Positions 1-11,613 of a DNA stretch of 64,000 nt are shown here, piece by piece. Numbering within the stretch: the stretch's first letter is position 1; each line of letters begins with the position of its first letter. The stretch covers positions 147,041,171 through 147,105,170 of the forward strand of contig NC_052157.1 in NCBI RefSeq assembly GCF_902713615.1, written 5' to 3'. The translations under genes and the position numbers were made by a program. The notes under the pieces were generated by a model. It worked only from the letters and a program-made list of their open reading frames with translations, searched no databases and was not told the origin of the DNA. This DNA is from Scyliorhinus canicula. Lineage: Eukaryota.

Positions 1-75
1 TTTCTTCCGGATGCTCCGGTTTCCTCCCACAGTCCAAAGATGTGCAGGTTAGGTGGATTGGTCATGCTAAATTGC
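1..75 (+). mobile_element. V-SINE (HE1-like) fragment at the window edge
   Basis: GCTCCGGTTTCCTCCCACAGTCCAAAGATGTGCAGGTTAGGTGGATTGG central domain. Confidence 0.8.
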
Positions 76-514
76 TATTATGTGGTGGTGTTAGAGGTAT
101 TTGGCATTGATAAGGCACCATGTAAGGGCATGTTTTATAACGACTTTGTACACGAGGTCACTTAAGTATTGGGGAAATGCAAATTGTTTTTTCATGCTCT
201 GTATTATTATTGTTCCAACCTCCTGAGCCACTACACACCACATTTGCAACTGATATAATTTTGAAGGGAGCGAGAGGTTCATTAGGGTATTTATAGGACA
301 AACAATATAAACGATGTAAAGATGCTGTGTGGTGAATAGAAACCTGCTGTATTGTACCATGGAGCCAAACAATATGGGAACATTTCTCTGATTCGTGCTA
401 AGACAATTGCCCAGAAGACTGCTTTCTGCAGAGACTAGATGTACCACCTCCTACAGGGAAGGAAAGGCAGAGGGCAAGTCACCCTGGGTAGCTCATATAT
501 GAGGCACAGGGAAT

Positions 515-745
515 TATAGAATACGTACAGTGTAAGGTCATTCGGCCCATTGCGTCTGCACCGACCTTCCGAAAGAGCACCCTACCTAAGCCCACTCCCT
601 CCACTTCAAACCTGCACATTGATCATGGCCAATCCACCTGACCTCCTCATCTTTGGACTGTCGAAGGAAACCCCATGCAGACACGGGGAGAACGTGCACA
701 CTCCACACGGACAATCCCCCAAGGCCGGGGTCCCTGGCGCTGTGG
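515..745 (-). mobile_element. V-SINE with CR1-like tail, degenerate
   Basis: Central domain and tail on the minus strand. Confidence 0.75.
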
Positions 746-1339
746 GGTGGCAGGGCTGGGTGACTGGTTTCAGTTGCGAACGGGACAAGATTTTTAACTT
801 TATGGAGAAATAAGTTTGTAAAACCAAGCATTGTGCAGCAATACACTCTGTGGTAATCATGGGGAAGTTCAACCAGTGTGTGTCTAAAATGGCTGTAGGT
901 TGATGGGTCGTTGATTGTGACACAAACCAAGATTTATGTGCAAAACTATGTGGTTAGAGGGAGAGATGTTGTACAATTTTCTGACATCTCTGATCGTTTG
1001 TGTAGGACAGCCAATCGCTCCCTATCTGTATTATCTTCCCCACCCCACTCTCAGCGTTGAATGGTGGTGAGGATTTAGACTCGAGCACCCAGCATAGCCT
1101 CCATTTCAACCACTGATACTCTATAAAGGACACTTATAGAGTCCAAAATCAGTCTAATCAGTCCAAAATATTTCCTTTTACCAATTTGAATACTTCCTCA
1201 CATCCATCCTCTCATTTCCACCATTTAATGTTTACCTTGAAGTAGTCCTCTGGATTTATCCTTTCCATTCTGCTTTGTTTATTCTATAAACAAGAATCCC
1301 ACTCTACAAACTCCTTTCTTTCCTTTGTCCTTCATTGCT

Positions 1340-1935
1340 AGAGGGGTGGAGTTTAAGACCAGGGAGGTTGTGCTGCAATTGTATAAGGTGTTAGTGAGGC
1401 CACACCTGGAGTATTGTGTTCAGTTTTGGTCTCCTTACCTGAGAAAGGACGTACTGGCGCTGGAGGGTGTGCAGAGCTGAAGGGGTTGGATTACGAGGAG
1501 CAGTTGAGTAGACTGGGACTGTACTCGTTGGAATTTAGAAGGATGAGTGGGGGGGATCTTCTAGAAACATATAAAATTATGAAGGGAATAGATAGGATAG
1601 ATGCGAGCAGGTTGTTTCCACTGGCGGGTGAAAGCAGAACTCGGGGGCATAGCCTCAAAATAAGGGGAAGTAGATTTAGGACTGAGTTTAGGAGGAACTT
1701 CTTCACCCAAAGGGTTGTGAATCTATGGAATTCCTTTCCCAGTGAAGCAGTTGAGGCTCCTTCATTAAATGTTTTTAAGATAAAGATAGTTTTTTGAAGA
1801 ATAAAGGGATTCAGGGTTATGGTGTTCAGGCCGGAAAGTGGAGCTGAGTCCACAAAAGATCAGCCATGATCTCATTGAATGGTGGAGCAGGCTCGAGGGG
1901 CCGTATGGCCTACTCCTGCTCCTAGTTCTTATATT
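1340..1935 (+). mobile_element. CR1-type LINE 3' fragment
   Basis: ORF2 C-terminus (LYKVLVRPHLEYCVQFWSP; LGLYSLEFRR..GDL.E.YKI; TRGHSLK; NFFTQRVVNLWN) plus 3'UTR ending in a TATGGCCTACTCCTGCTCC tail. Confidence 0.9.
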
Positions 1936-2059
1936 TAACTTATATTCTTATTTGAAGAGCCTGAATATCTCCAATCTCGCCTTTTGTGTAGACACACAAA
2001 TGCCAAAATTTGGAATCGATACACATGCAGTGTGTTGTGGGGAACTGCTCCAATGGTGG

Positions 2060-2480
2060 TATCACGATCAGAATCACAGAAGTGTTACAGTGCCAGAAGG
2101 AGGCCATTCGATCCATCACATCTGTACTTGCTCACCAAAGAGCATTATGACTTAGTGCCATCCTCTTGCACATTGTTTCCGAGTCAGAAAATCACCTAAT
2201 ATCCTCTTGAATGCCTCAATTCAACCCGCTTCCACCACACTTCCAGGCAGTGCATTCCAGACTCACTGTGGAAAAGTTTCTTTCTTGCCTCATGTTGCAC
2301 TGATGACTTTAAATCTGAGCCCTCTCGTTCTCAATTCTTTTACGAGTGGGAACAGTTTCTCCCAATCTACTCTGTCCATCCCTAGCCCTCTGATGAGTTT
2401 GAACATCAAATCTCCTCTTAGCCACCGTCTTCTCCATGATATTCTAACCATCCTGACAAAGTGAATATGTTCCGGAAACT
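2060..2480 (-). mobile_element. CR1-type LINE 3' fragment (degenerate)
   Basis: RGDL.FK..RGL..DRVD.EKLFPLV peptide; tail GAATGGCCTCCTTCTG.CACTGT. Confidence 0.8.
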
Positions 2481-2559
2481 GCACAGAGTTGTTGTTCCTG
2501 TTATTGTTGTTGTTATCTGTTTACTTTACATTCAAAAGTTCTTGTATAAACACATTTTA

Positions 2560-2880
2560 CTCTAGTTGGTGGCGAGGGTGGATATGGATGTCTCCTGTTG
2601 TGAGAGAGACTAGGACTAGAGGACACGGTTTAAGGATAAGTGGTCTAGGCATGATACAGCGATGAGGACATTTTTTTTTTGAGGGTCGTTTAATCTGTGG
2701 AATTTGCTTCCCTCGGAAGAAGAGGAGGCTGCGTGGTTGAATACTTTCAAGGCTAAGTTTGAGAGTCCAGGATTATGGGGGCAGACGGGAAGGTGGAGTT
2801 GAGACCACAGTCCGATCAGTCCTGATCTTATTGAATGGCTGAGCAGGTTCTGAGGGTTGAATGATCTATTCCTCCTAAGT
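2560..2880 (+). mobile_element. CR1-type LINE 3' fragment (degenerate)
   Basis: ACTAGAGGACACGGTTTAAGG...GAATGG..GAGCAGG..GAGGG..GAATG...CTCCT pattern shared with the 1340-1935 copy. Confidence 0.7.
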
Positions 2881-3094
2881 CCTGTTCCTCCTCCTCTCCT
2901 CTGCGCCCGCTTCCCCAGCCAAAGAAAAGGCCAATGTGTGTGTTGGGATGTACTTAAATGGCGGCTCTTTGCCTAGTTAGTCGCTTTAAAATAAAAGCAA
3001 AATACTGTGGATTAGAAATCTGAAATAAGAAGAGGAAGTGCCGGAAAGACTCAACAGGCCTGTGGGGAAGCAACACCTGTAGGGAGAGGTTGAG

Positions 3095-3205
3095 AAGGAT
3101 GGATACTTCATGGATACCTCAGCCGGGACGGGAATTGAACCCGCGCTGTTGGCGTCGCTCCACATCACAAACCAGCTGACCAGCCAACTGAGCTAACCGA
3201 CCTCG
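3095..3205 (-). mobile_element. tRNA-derived SINE head (family unassigned)
   Basis: A-box TAGCTCAGTTGG and B-box GGTTCAATTCCC on the minus strand; no complete tRNA cloverleaf. Confidence 0.55.
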
Positions 3206-4149
3206 TACAGTCGAGGTCCAGAATTTCCAACTTTCATGGAGAGGAATCAAGAGCAGAAACTTGTGACTTTCTTGTTAAAGTATGGTGAAATCAAGCCTGG
3301 TTTGAAGACAGGAGGGGGGTACAAATCACCTCCACCCTCCCACCTCACCAGTTGTATAATTGCTGATGTTTAGAAACAGTCGGCAGCGAAGTGGCTTCCA
3401 TGAGTCCCAGTGGAGCTGGTTTGACAGCTCTGCTGCTAGTTAAATACTGGAGCAGAGCAATTAAGGGAAATTTCAGGATTGCTTGTGTTTTTTTTTGTCT
3501 TCGAGAAACCGCTTTCGAATTAAAGATAATTGCATTGTCAGTGAGTGAATACAGAAAGGGGTAGCTGGAAAATGACATAGACTGGCAATTGTCTGGTGCA
3601 TTCTCTTCACAGCTAGACGGTCCTTAAAAGGTAAAGCTGCCTTGTGCAATCGATTACGGTTGGGGGCGAATAGAATGTTTTTACAGCCTGTGAAAATTAA
3701 AATGGTTAAAAATGAGTTTTTGGCACTAATTGCCCAATCTCCTACAGTACACTGGAATGGGAAGTAGAACAAGGGGAGGCTGTTTGGCACATCAGACCTA
3801 CTCCCTTTGGTAGATCAGTATAATCTGCCTATTGTGGACTCGGCACACTTATTTAATTACCTTTCAATGATGGAGCTGGGATACTTGGGACAAAATCAGA
3901 AGGGAGAAGGTGAATTTTCGATAAACGTGGGAAACTAGAAAGAGCATAAACGCACATTCCTACTTTCATGGATGTCTCTTAAAATGCAAGACCATCTCTA
4001 TCCAGAAAAGGTCTGCTGCTCCGTACACATTCAAGCCCTCACCCAAAAGTTTTTCCATTCTATCGCAAGCCTCACCTACCCTCAATCTACCCCATGACTT
4101 TTGAAGCCGTCAGTCTCCAGCCTGCAAACATTGGTCGGTCTCCAGCCCA

Positions 4150-4550
4150 AAATCATGGCTGAGTTGGTAGCGTTTTCATCTCCTGTGTCGGACGGTCGTG
4201 GTTTCAGGTCCCACTCAGGTAACTTGAGGACAAACGCCAAGATTGACACTCCAGTGCAGTACACTGTGAGAGGTGTCGCCTTCGGACAAGACGGTAAAAC
4301 CGAGGCTCTGTCTGCCCGCTGGTGATGAGAGATCCCGTGGCACTATTTCAAAGACGAGCAAGGGAGTTTTCCCTGGTTTGCTGCTGGCCCCCAAATCAAC
4401 TTTGTAGATACAGATCATCTGGTCATTATCACTGTTTGCTGTGTGCAAATTGCCCATCGTGTTTCCTACATTACAACAGCGGATGCATTTTCAAAAATGC
4501 TTGACTGGCTGTAAAGGGCTTTAGAACTTGCTCCAATTGTGATAATGTAA
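4150..4550 (+). mobile_element. DeuSINE (SacSINE1/AmnSINE-like) copy
   Basis: GATCCCGTGGCACTATTTCAAAGA.GAGCAAGGGAGTT...TCTGGTCATTATCAC...TTTCCTACATTACAACAG core, recalled as the Deu-domain and tail. Confidence 0.65.
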
Positions 4551-4994
4551 GTCTCTCTTTATCTCTCGCTCCGCCCACCACCCCTCTCTTTCACTTTGGG
4601 AGGAGCCTTTTTTCACCTTCCAATCCTACAGCTGCTCCAGGTGAGCGGCTGATCCAGCAGAACAGAATGTAGCCAGGTACATTTAGTGCTGCGATACGTG
4701 CGGCAAGCAGGCCCTTCAACAGTCCTCAGCTCAGCTGTGTCAGTACTAAATATCTGTACATTGATCAGAATAAACTGTAACAAATTCCAGAATGCCCAAT
4801 CTCAATAGGATGAAGGGTAACAAGCCTTGGACAATCTAGTAAGATCCCAGTATTAGTACTGTTCATCTAGTGCTTGGCACCTCATTAAGAAACACAGTCT
4901 GACGTTAACCCCCAGTGAAGCTAACCATAGCTGAAGCAGCTTTTGTGTGTTTAATATCCAAAGAATTTGAAGGGAAAAGAATGGAGCTCGGGGG

Positions 4995-5162
4995 CCAGAT
5001 GTAAAAAGAAAAAAAAAAATATTTTTTAGGGTACCCAATATTTGTTTCCAATTAAGGGACAATTTAGTGTGGCCAATCCACCTAGCCACATCTTTGTGTT
5101 GTGGGGGTGTCACCCACGCAGTCACGGGGAGAATGTGCAAACTCCACACGGACAGTGACCCA
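4995..5162 (-). mobile_element. Short A-tailed V-SINE variant, 5'-truncated
   Basis: ...CACCCCCACAACACAAAGATGTG...AAATTGTCCCTTAATTGGAAAC...GGGTACCCTAAAAAAT. Confidence 0.75.
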
Positions 5163-5299
5163 GTCAGTGGCCAGACTTAGTCTGGATTCTCTCTGGCTAA
5201 AGACTGCAAAATGTATCTGCATCCCTACATAGTTAAATAAAACACGCCAGTCAATACTTAAATTTCTGTTAATAAAACCTGGCCAACTACTTGTCATTC

Positions 5300-5395
5300 T
5301 CTTGGCGAAAGGCTGTCGACCTGAAATGTTAACTCTTGTTTCTTTCTCCGCAGCTGACCTGCTGAGTGTTCGAATTTCCGCTTTCCAGCCGCTTT
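5300..5395 (+). mobile_element. Degenerate Penelope-like terminal fragment (second family)
   Basis: ...CGAAAGG..GTCGACCTGAAATGTTAACTC...GACCTGCTGAGT resembles related fragments at 27165-27260 (-), 43980-44070 (+) and 2985-3060 (-). The ribozyme core is broken. Confidence 0.4.
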
Positions 5396-5592
5396 ACTTT
5401 GCACTCGAACTTTTGCTGATGCAATTTTACTTTGTCACAGCAACATTTGTTCATCTCTGGTTTAATGCTATCTCATTTCCTTTCCTGAGACTTTTAACTG
5501 ATCCATCTTGTATTGAGATTCTGCTCCAAGTCTGAATATTTTACTGGTCCAGGAGAGTTAGGATATTGTAAGCATTTATAATAATAATCTTT

Positions 5593-6371
5593 TTTATTTA
5601 AATGTTTTTTTATTGAGTTTTCATATTTTATATCCAACAAATTACAAATTATTAGAAAAAAAAACGCAAAAATTAACATGTATATTTACAGGTAAGCATC
5701 TTCATAATAACAACTGTGGGCGCCCCCTTTAACCGGCATACATATTTTACATTCCCCAATATGGCCGAGGCACATGTTTGTAGGCATTTATTTACAATTT
5801 GGTTTTGGGCCTTATCTTGCCATCAGACTGTCGCTTGTGGCTTTGTCCTTCCTTTTTTTTGGAATAATTTTTATTCAAGTTTTCAACAACAAATTTTATC
5901 ACAACAGAGAAAAACAGTAACCCCTCCTCTCCAATACAAAAACAATAAATTAACAAGAAAAATAAATAAGCGTGAAACCATGCGAACAAACCCCCATAAT
6001 GAATCCGTAGCCCCCCCCCCCCGCTACTTTCTCCCGATTCCTGTCCATTTCCCCCCGATTCTTGGCCACCCGACTATTCTTCCTCTTGTTCGTTGGCCAC
6101 AAACAGGTCCCGGAACAATTGCATGAATGGCTCCCACGTTCTGTGGAAGCTGTCGTCTGACCCTCGGATGGCGAATTTGATTTTCTCCATTTGGAGAGAT
6201 TCCGAGAGGTCGGACAGCCAGTCTGCAGCTCTGGGCGGTGCTGCTGACCGCCAGCCAAACAGGATTCTACGGCGGGCGATCAGGGAGGCAAAGGCAAGGG
6301 CGTCCGCCCTCCTCCCCAGGAATAGATCTGGCTGGTCTGAAACCCCGAAGACCGCCACTATCGGGCATGAC
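5593..6371 (-). mobile_element. 5'-truncated L1 3' fragment inserted into a SINE tail
   Basis: 17-bp TSD TTATAATAATAATCTTT at 5576-5592 and 6372-6388; ORF2 C-terminal peptide ALAFASLIARRRILFGWRS...EKIKFAIRGS. Confidence 0.88.
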
Positions 6372-6660
6372 TTATAATAATAATCTTTATTTTCACAAGT
6401 AGGCTTACATTTACACTGCAATGAAGTTACTGTGAAAAGCCTCTAGTCGCCACACTCCAACGCCTGATTGGTTACATGGAGGGAGAATTCAGAATGTCCA
6501 AATTATCTAATGTCTTTCGTGTGGGATGAAACCGGAGCACCTGGAGGAAACCCACGCAGACACTGGGAGAATGTGCAGACTCCGCACAGACAGTAACCCA
6601 AGCCGGGAATCGAACCTGGAACCCTGGTGCTGTGAAGCAACAGTGCTAACCACTGTGCTA
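6372..6660 (-). mobile_element. V-SINE with the alternative (ATT)n tail
   Basis: tRNA-like head plus tail ...GTGGCGACTAGAGGCTTTTCACAGTAACTTCATTGCAGTG...AAGATTATTAT. Confidence 0.8.
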
Positions 6661-6799
6661 CCATTTAAAATGCATGTTGGGTCAGCTGATGGACTGTGGA
6701 GCTGTGCTTCATTAACGGGACCGCACTCCTAGCTATTAATTGTTCATGCGTTGTCCATTTTCAAGGTTGGTTGTCCCGACTGGTCACACTGTTTCTCTT

Positions 6800-7025
6800 G
6801 AGGGTGGCTTGCAGCGCAGTGGTTAGCACTGGGACTGCGGCGCTGAGGGCCTGAGTTTGAATCCTGGCCCTGGGTCACTGTCCGTGTGGAGTTTGCACAT
6901 TCTCCCCATGTCTGTGTGGGTTTCACCCCCACAACCCAAAGATGTGCAGGTTAAGTGCATTGGCCATGCTAAATTGCCCCTTAATTGGGGAAAAAAAATA
7001 ATTGGGTACTTTAAATTTATTTCAA
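6800..7025 (+). mobile_element. Short A-tailed V-SINE variant
   Basis: A/B boxes, shortened central domain, GGGTACTTTAAATTTATTTCAAAAAA end. Confidence 0.8.
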
Positions 7026-7419
7026 AAAATATAAAGACAAAATTTGCAAGCTCGAAGCACCCTCTATTCCCAACACTGAAACAGCTAGTTATGTTTTGAT
7101 GCTGTTTCATGGCCTAGCTGGAAAAAATGGATTATTTGCCCTGGAAGGGAGGTGCTTTATTTGAAGTGAGATGCATGATCAACGAGGCAGCTCCTCCGCT
7201 GATTTACTGTGCCACCTTGTACCCTAAATCTGGAATCGAGGTTCAGTGAATTTGAGATTTTCTTTTGCTTCCCTGAATTGGGTTTGCCGCTTTTTCAGAT
7301 GCACAAAGCAATTAGTTTGACTGAAGCCAGCTCAGGATTGCCTCTGGGGCTGCGGGTTCGGGGGCTGCACTGTCCATAGTTAACTCTTACATCTTTGCCT
7401 GTTTTGTTTTTTGTCGTAG

Positions 7420-7529
7420 GATACTCTGGTTACGCTTCCTTTCCTATTCACTGGCTATGGGCCAAGGCTGCATCCGTTATCATTTGGAGAAGGAGTTGAA
7501 GTGGAACCTTTGCCACCAAAGGAGATTAG
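7420..7529 (+). CDS. RFLNB: Refilin-B, penultimate coding exon (DTLVTLPFLFTGYGPRLHPLSFGEGVEVEPLPPKEIR)
   Basis: Acceptor ttgtcgtag|G and donor AG|gtaaat; 110 nt, phase 0 to 2. RLHPLSFGEGVEVEPLPPKEIR resembles refilin-B RLCPLSFGEGVEFDPLPPKEVR (recalled). Exon 1 (DSPDSGLPPSP motif) not found in the window. Confidence 0.9.
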
Positions 7530-7633
7530 GTAAATAACACGATGCCTGTCGCAATAACGTGGGCAGCAGGATGTTTCTTGGGGTCTTTTATCAGTGTTGA
7601 AATGGGAAAGGTTTCGTGACTGAAGAATAAAAC

Positions 7634-7914
7634 TGATGTACCATCAATTGGACGCGAGACACGATGAAGGTCCAAACGTAGGCTTTAATCAGCTAGATGT
7701 TAGCCCGGTGATCGACTACAGTGAAAGGCCGACCGCCGGGAACTCTGGGTAATTATACCCCGCCTCGGAGGCGGGGTCTACTTGCCTCTCGACCGATTGG
7801 TGAGCAGTCACATGACTAGTCCCAGCCAATCAGCCGAGAGGCACATGGCCAGCCAGAGCCAATGGGAAACCAGTGCTCTGCACCAATGGCAGTGCTCCTA
7901 TTCATACCACCACA
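7634..7914 (-). mobile_element. Solo LTR (281 bp) in the last RFLNB intron
   Basis: TG...CA termini; 5-bp TSD AAAAC at 7629-7633 and 7915-7919; several CCAAT boxes; TATA-like and ATTAAA motifs on the minus strand. Confidence 0.7.
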
Positions 7915-8737
7915 AAAACTTTGACCGCTTTCTGCTTTATTTTTAAAAAAAACTATGGTGGGGTGTTGAGGGTTGTTTTGATGGCCCAAATGGGGCTGGC
8001 AGCCTCACTCAAAGAAATTGCCGATCCCCAATTCTGGGTATTTAAATATTTCATTGTGATTGGTGTCGCACTAAAAAGTGGATCCTGAGTCTCCTTTACA
8101 ATTAGGACTGTCTTGTTTGGTATCTTGTATGTTTCTGTGGGATCAGAGTATTGAACTTGATGTTCAGCCATGATCATAGTGAATGGCAGAGCAGCCTCGA
8201 AGGGCCGAATGGTCTCCTGCTATTTTCTATGTCTAAAATGTCATGCTGTCCCCATTACAGGGCTGAATGTAACTCTTCTGAATGGCTCTGGTTTGCTCCA
8301 TTTCAAAAGGAGTAATGGTTTTCTCACCATATTTCCCTTGCCAGTCATTTTTCAAATGACCTAAGCCATGTGATCCCCCTCTTTGCTCCTTAGTTGGTTT
8401 GTCAGCCAGCAACTTGACCTCTAACCTCTCCCCCCTCTCTGGGGGATGACCAAATGGGACTGACAAATTAGCTGCTACACACTCCCCAAATGCGAATTCC
8501 CTGGAGACTTAACTGCGCCTGAACTCGGGGAGGGGGCATTCCAACATCCAATAAGATTATTTTCCGGGATGTTAATTATTCCACTTGTCCTGAGATGCTT
8601 TTTCCGAATTCTAATCTGTTTTTGAGCACTGTTGCTCAGGGAACTAGTGTTGGCCAGCAAGTTAAATTTTGATATTAATCGTACCAAGATCTTTCTGTGG
8701 CAAAATGGTCAGAAACCCCAAACACGACCCTTGGGTA

Positions 8738-8947
8738 AAATAGAACATAGAACAGTACAGCACAGAACAGGCCCTTCGGCCCTCGATGTTGTGCCGAGCA
8801 ATGATCACCCTACTTAAACCCACGTAACCCGTATACCCGTAACCCAACAATCCCCCCATTAACCTTACACTACGGGCAATTTAGCATGGCCAATCCACCT
8901 AACCCGCACATCTTTGGACTGTGGGAGGAAACCGGAGCACCCGGAGG
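8738..8947 (-). mobile_element. V-SINE 3' half with the (TTCTATG)n tail
   Basis: Tail GGGCCGAAGGGCCTGTTCTGTGCTGTACTGTTCTATGTTCTA. Confidence 0.8.
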
Positions 8948-9285
8948 ACTTGCGGTTGACTTTTTAAAACGGCCCTCCCTGAAGTGGCCTGGCAAGTCGG
9001 TCAGTTGTTGTAAGCTGCCGCAAGTGGATTTTTATCTGCTTTCTTCTCCTAATTTTAGACAGACATGCTGCTTGCGGGCCAGGGCATTGAAATCTTCTCC
9101 CACCGAGAGCACCACTTTGCATCACCGATGGGTAGGGAATGGATATGGTTGCCCAGGTGGTTGAGGTTCCAGCTATTGCCCCAGCGTGAGACTTGTGTGT
9201 GTTTGGAACACAGCCTTGTGAAGGAGAAATGAGTATTTTTGAATTTAAAAACAAAAAGGAAAAACCCTTGTCTATGTGCTTCCAG

Positions 9286-9613
9286 GTACACCTCCTCGGT
9301 GAAGTATGATTCAGACCGGCACTATGTCAACAATGTGCTCCTGCAGCACACACTGGGCATTGGCTCCTGCAGCCAGACAGTCATCTGCGTTCCCGACTGC
9401 ACATGGCGGAATTACAAGACGGAGCTGAAATTTGAGCCGCAACACAAACCGCGTCGGTTCCGCAGCACTGTCATCGTGTACCCAAAGTACGCAAAAACAG
9501 TCTATACAACTACCGTGGATTACAACTGCAGAAAAGCAACGCGGAAATTTTTCTCCAGTGTGGAACTTGAAGCCACAGATTACAGTGAAATGGCGCTCTT
9601 GGATGGCCAGTGA
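9286..9613 (+). CDS. RFLNB: Refilin-B, last coding exon (YTSSVKYDSDRH...YTTTVDYNCRK...SSVELE...LDGQ*)
   Basis: Acceptor ttccag|G matches the phase-2 donor of the previous exon; TGA at 9611-9613. Motifs CSQTV.CVP..TWRNYK.E..FEP and YPKY...YTTT.DYNCRK are typical of refilin-B. Confidence 0.93.
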
Positions 9614-9800
9614 CTTCAAATAACGAATGCTGCCTGCTTTTTCTTTTGTTCAACGAGGAGTTTTTTTTTCTTTGACTCCAGTCTTCTTTAGATTGTCCAT
9701 AATTGCTTCTAAACCGTGGTGGCTTCTGAACCTGTTCAGTACTGCATTTCTTTTGCTCCTTGCAACATGGTCTACATCGTGTTTTCTTTTTTAATCACAC

Positions 9801-9806
9801 AATAAA
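9801..9806 (+). terminator. Candidate proximal polyadenylation signal of RFLNB
   Basis: AATAAA about 190 nt after the stop, followed by T-rich sequence. More distal AATAAA sites also exist, so usage is unproven. Confidence 0.4.
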
Positions 9807-11432
9807 AGTTTAGGAATTTCCTTAGAGATTTTTATTGCCATTAACATATATAAGGCAGGAATAGATTAAGGAAACAGAACGCAAGGAACCAGTTGTGATT
9901 TTAATTGTTTTAACATGTACGGACTGGAGAAGGGTGGCGAGGTGTGTATTGCCCATCCACCGGGAGCGTGGGTATTAGTTCCTGATGTAATGGATGGACG
10001 CATTGTTCCCGTAACCAGAGTACTGTGTCGGGAAGGCCGTCTGGAGTAAATCGCCAATCTTGCCTGGCCGTGACCAGCCTTCACTTGAAACTGGAGATGG
10101 GTGTAGCTGAATGCTTTTTGTTTTCGGTTTGGGTATGGGACTGGGGTGGCAGGGCGAAAGGCTCAAAACGTGACTTGAGGAAATCTCACCAATTTTTGTT
10201 TTCTAATCGTGTATTGAATGCACAGGAAATATTTCCATGTGTAAATAAGGGTGAAAATGGCTGTGTTTGAAACACGATAATTCATCTGAAGTACAATTAG
10301 TAATGGAGGGTCTGAAATTGGTAAATCTTAACCTGAGGTTTGTTAATGTGGATTTCTCCCATCATGATAAATCAATCACAGTTGAATTTTAATGTGGAAT
10401 TTCTTAACATAGTTTGCACCATACTTGAGCAAGAGCTCGGACATGTGATGTACACATATATAACTACAGACTTGTAGAAATATTACTTGTGGGCCCCAGC
10501 TCTTGATAAAGAACAATTCCATTAAAACCCTACTGAGATAAAAGTGCAGTGGGACTTGGTTTCCAAATGTGCTACTCACCTGGTAAAAGGTAACATTACC
10601 CCACATTTACTTATGTTGGAAACAATTTCACTTTACCTTTATTGCAAGTGGGAGGGAGAGTTATTATCTGATTCCTTGGGAAACACTATGAGATGGCTGG
10701 GTATGGGGCCACCTCAGTTTTCACCAAAGCTAGCTCTTTACAGTTGCAAAAGCTGCATTGATGTTGTAACGGCTAAAAGAGCTCTTGTTCTGACAGAATT
10801 GAGTGGACTGATGCAGATGAGGAAGTCCAGCCCTCCCCTTCCACCCCCATCAAGGCATCAAGATGTTCCTTGAATGGTCCTACCAGCACCCTTCGTGGAT
10901 TGATCGCTATTTTGTGAACAACTTCCTTAATTGCTAGACTTTACCTTTGCCCAGAATCAAGCACTGTTCCTTTTGTCCTCGTGTTGTTGTTCATCCTCAT
11001 GGTGTATGAAAATGAGTCACATGATGCTCAATTTTGCAGAGTAACCCAATTTATTACAACACACTGTGAAACCATGCCACTTTAAAGGTAAAGTAATGAA
11101 TTGCTTTGTGCGATTGGTCAGAAATTCTTAATGTGGCTGCAATCCAGTTATTACTGATTTTTAACATGGAGTCAGCAAATCTGACGACATTCGCAGCCCC
11201 ATGCACCGCTGCTGAAATGAGTGGCAGATTGTGCATGATTGCACGAGGGCTTGGTTTGGGTCTGAGGATGGACTGTGCCTTTTAAGACACATTGGGTATT
11301 GGCATTGAGGGAACAGCAAGTTAATGACACCAGGTTGTACAAGCTCCAGTTGGGAGATTTAGCTTCTTTTGGGGTAAGGGAGAGTCGGTGGGGACAATTC
11401 AGCCCCTTTAAAGCTGCTCAAGCACTTGTAAT

Positions 11433-11613
11433 TGAAATGAAATGAAAATGAAAATCGCTTATTGTCACAAGTAGGCTTCAATGAAGTTACAGCCCCCAGT
11501 CGCCACATTCTGGCGCCAGTCCGGGGAGGCTGGTACGGGAATCGAACCGTGCTGCTGGCCTGCTTCGTCTGCTTTAAAAGCCAGTGATTTAGCCCAGTGA
11601 GCTAAACCAGCCC
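11433..11613 (-). mobile_element. Short tRNA-headed SINE with a (TTTCA)n tail
   Basis: GGGCTGGTTTAGCTCAC...GGTTCGATTCCCGTACCAGCCTCC...GTGGCGACT...GACAATAAGCGATTTTCATTT. Confidence 0.75.

Noticed and set aside
550-930. Recurrent short ORFs such as MANPPNLHIFGLWEETGAP and GHCLCGVCTFSPCL
   Set aside because: They are translations of the V-SINE consensus, recurring wherever the SINE does.
3095-3205. Possible tRNA gene
   Set aside because: It has A/B boxes but no acceptor stem or anticodon arm, and runs into SINE body. The same applies to the other tRNA-like heads.
4560-4700. Possible RFLNB exon 1 (CAG|gtgagc donor near 4640)
   Set aside because: No refilin N-terminal motif (DSPDSGLPPSP) or convincing start codon.
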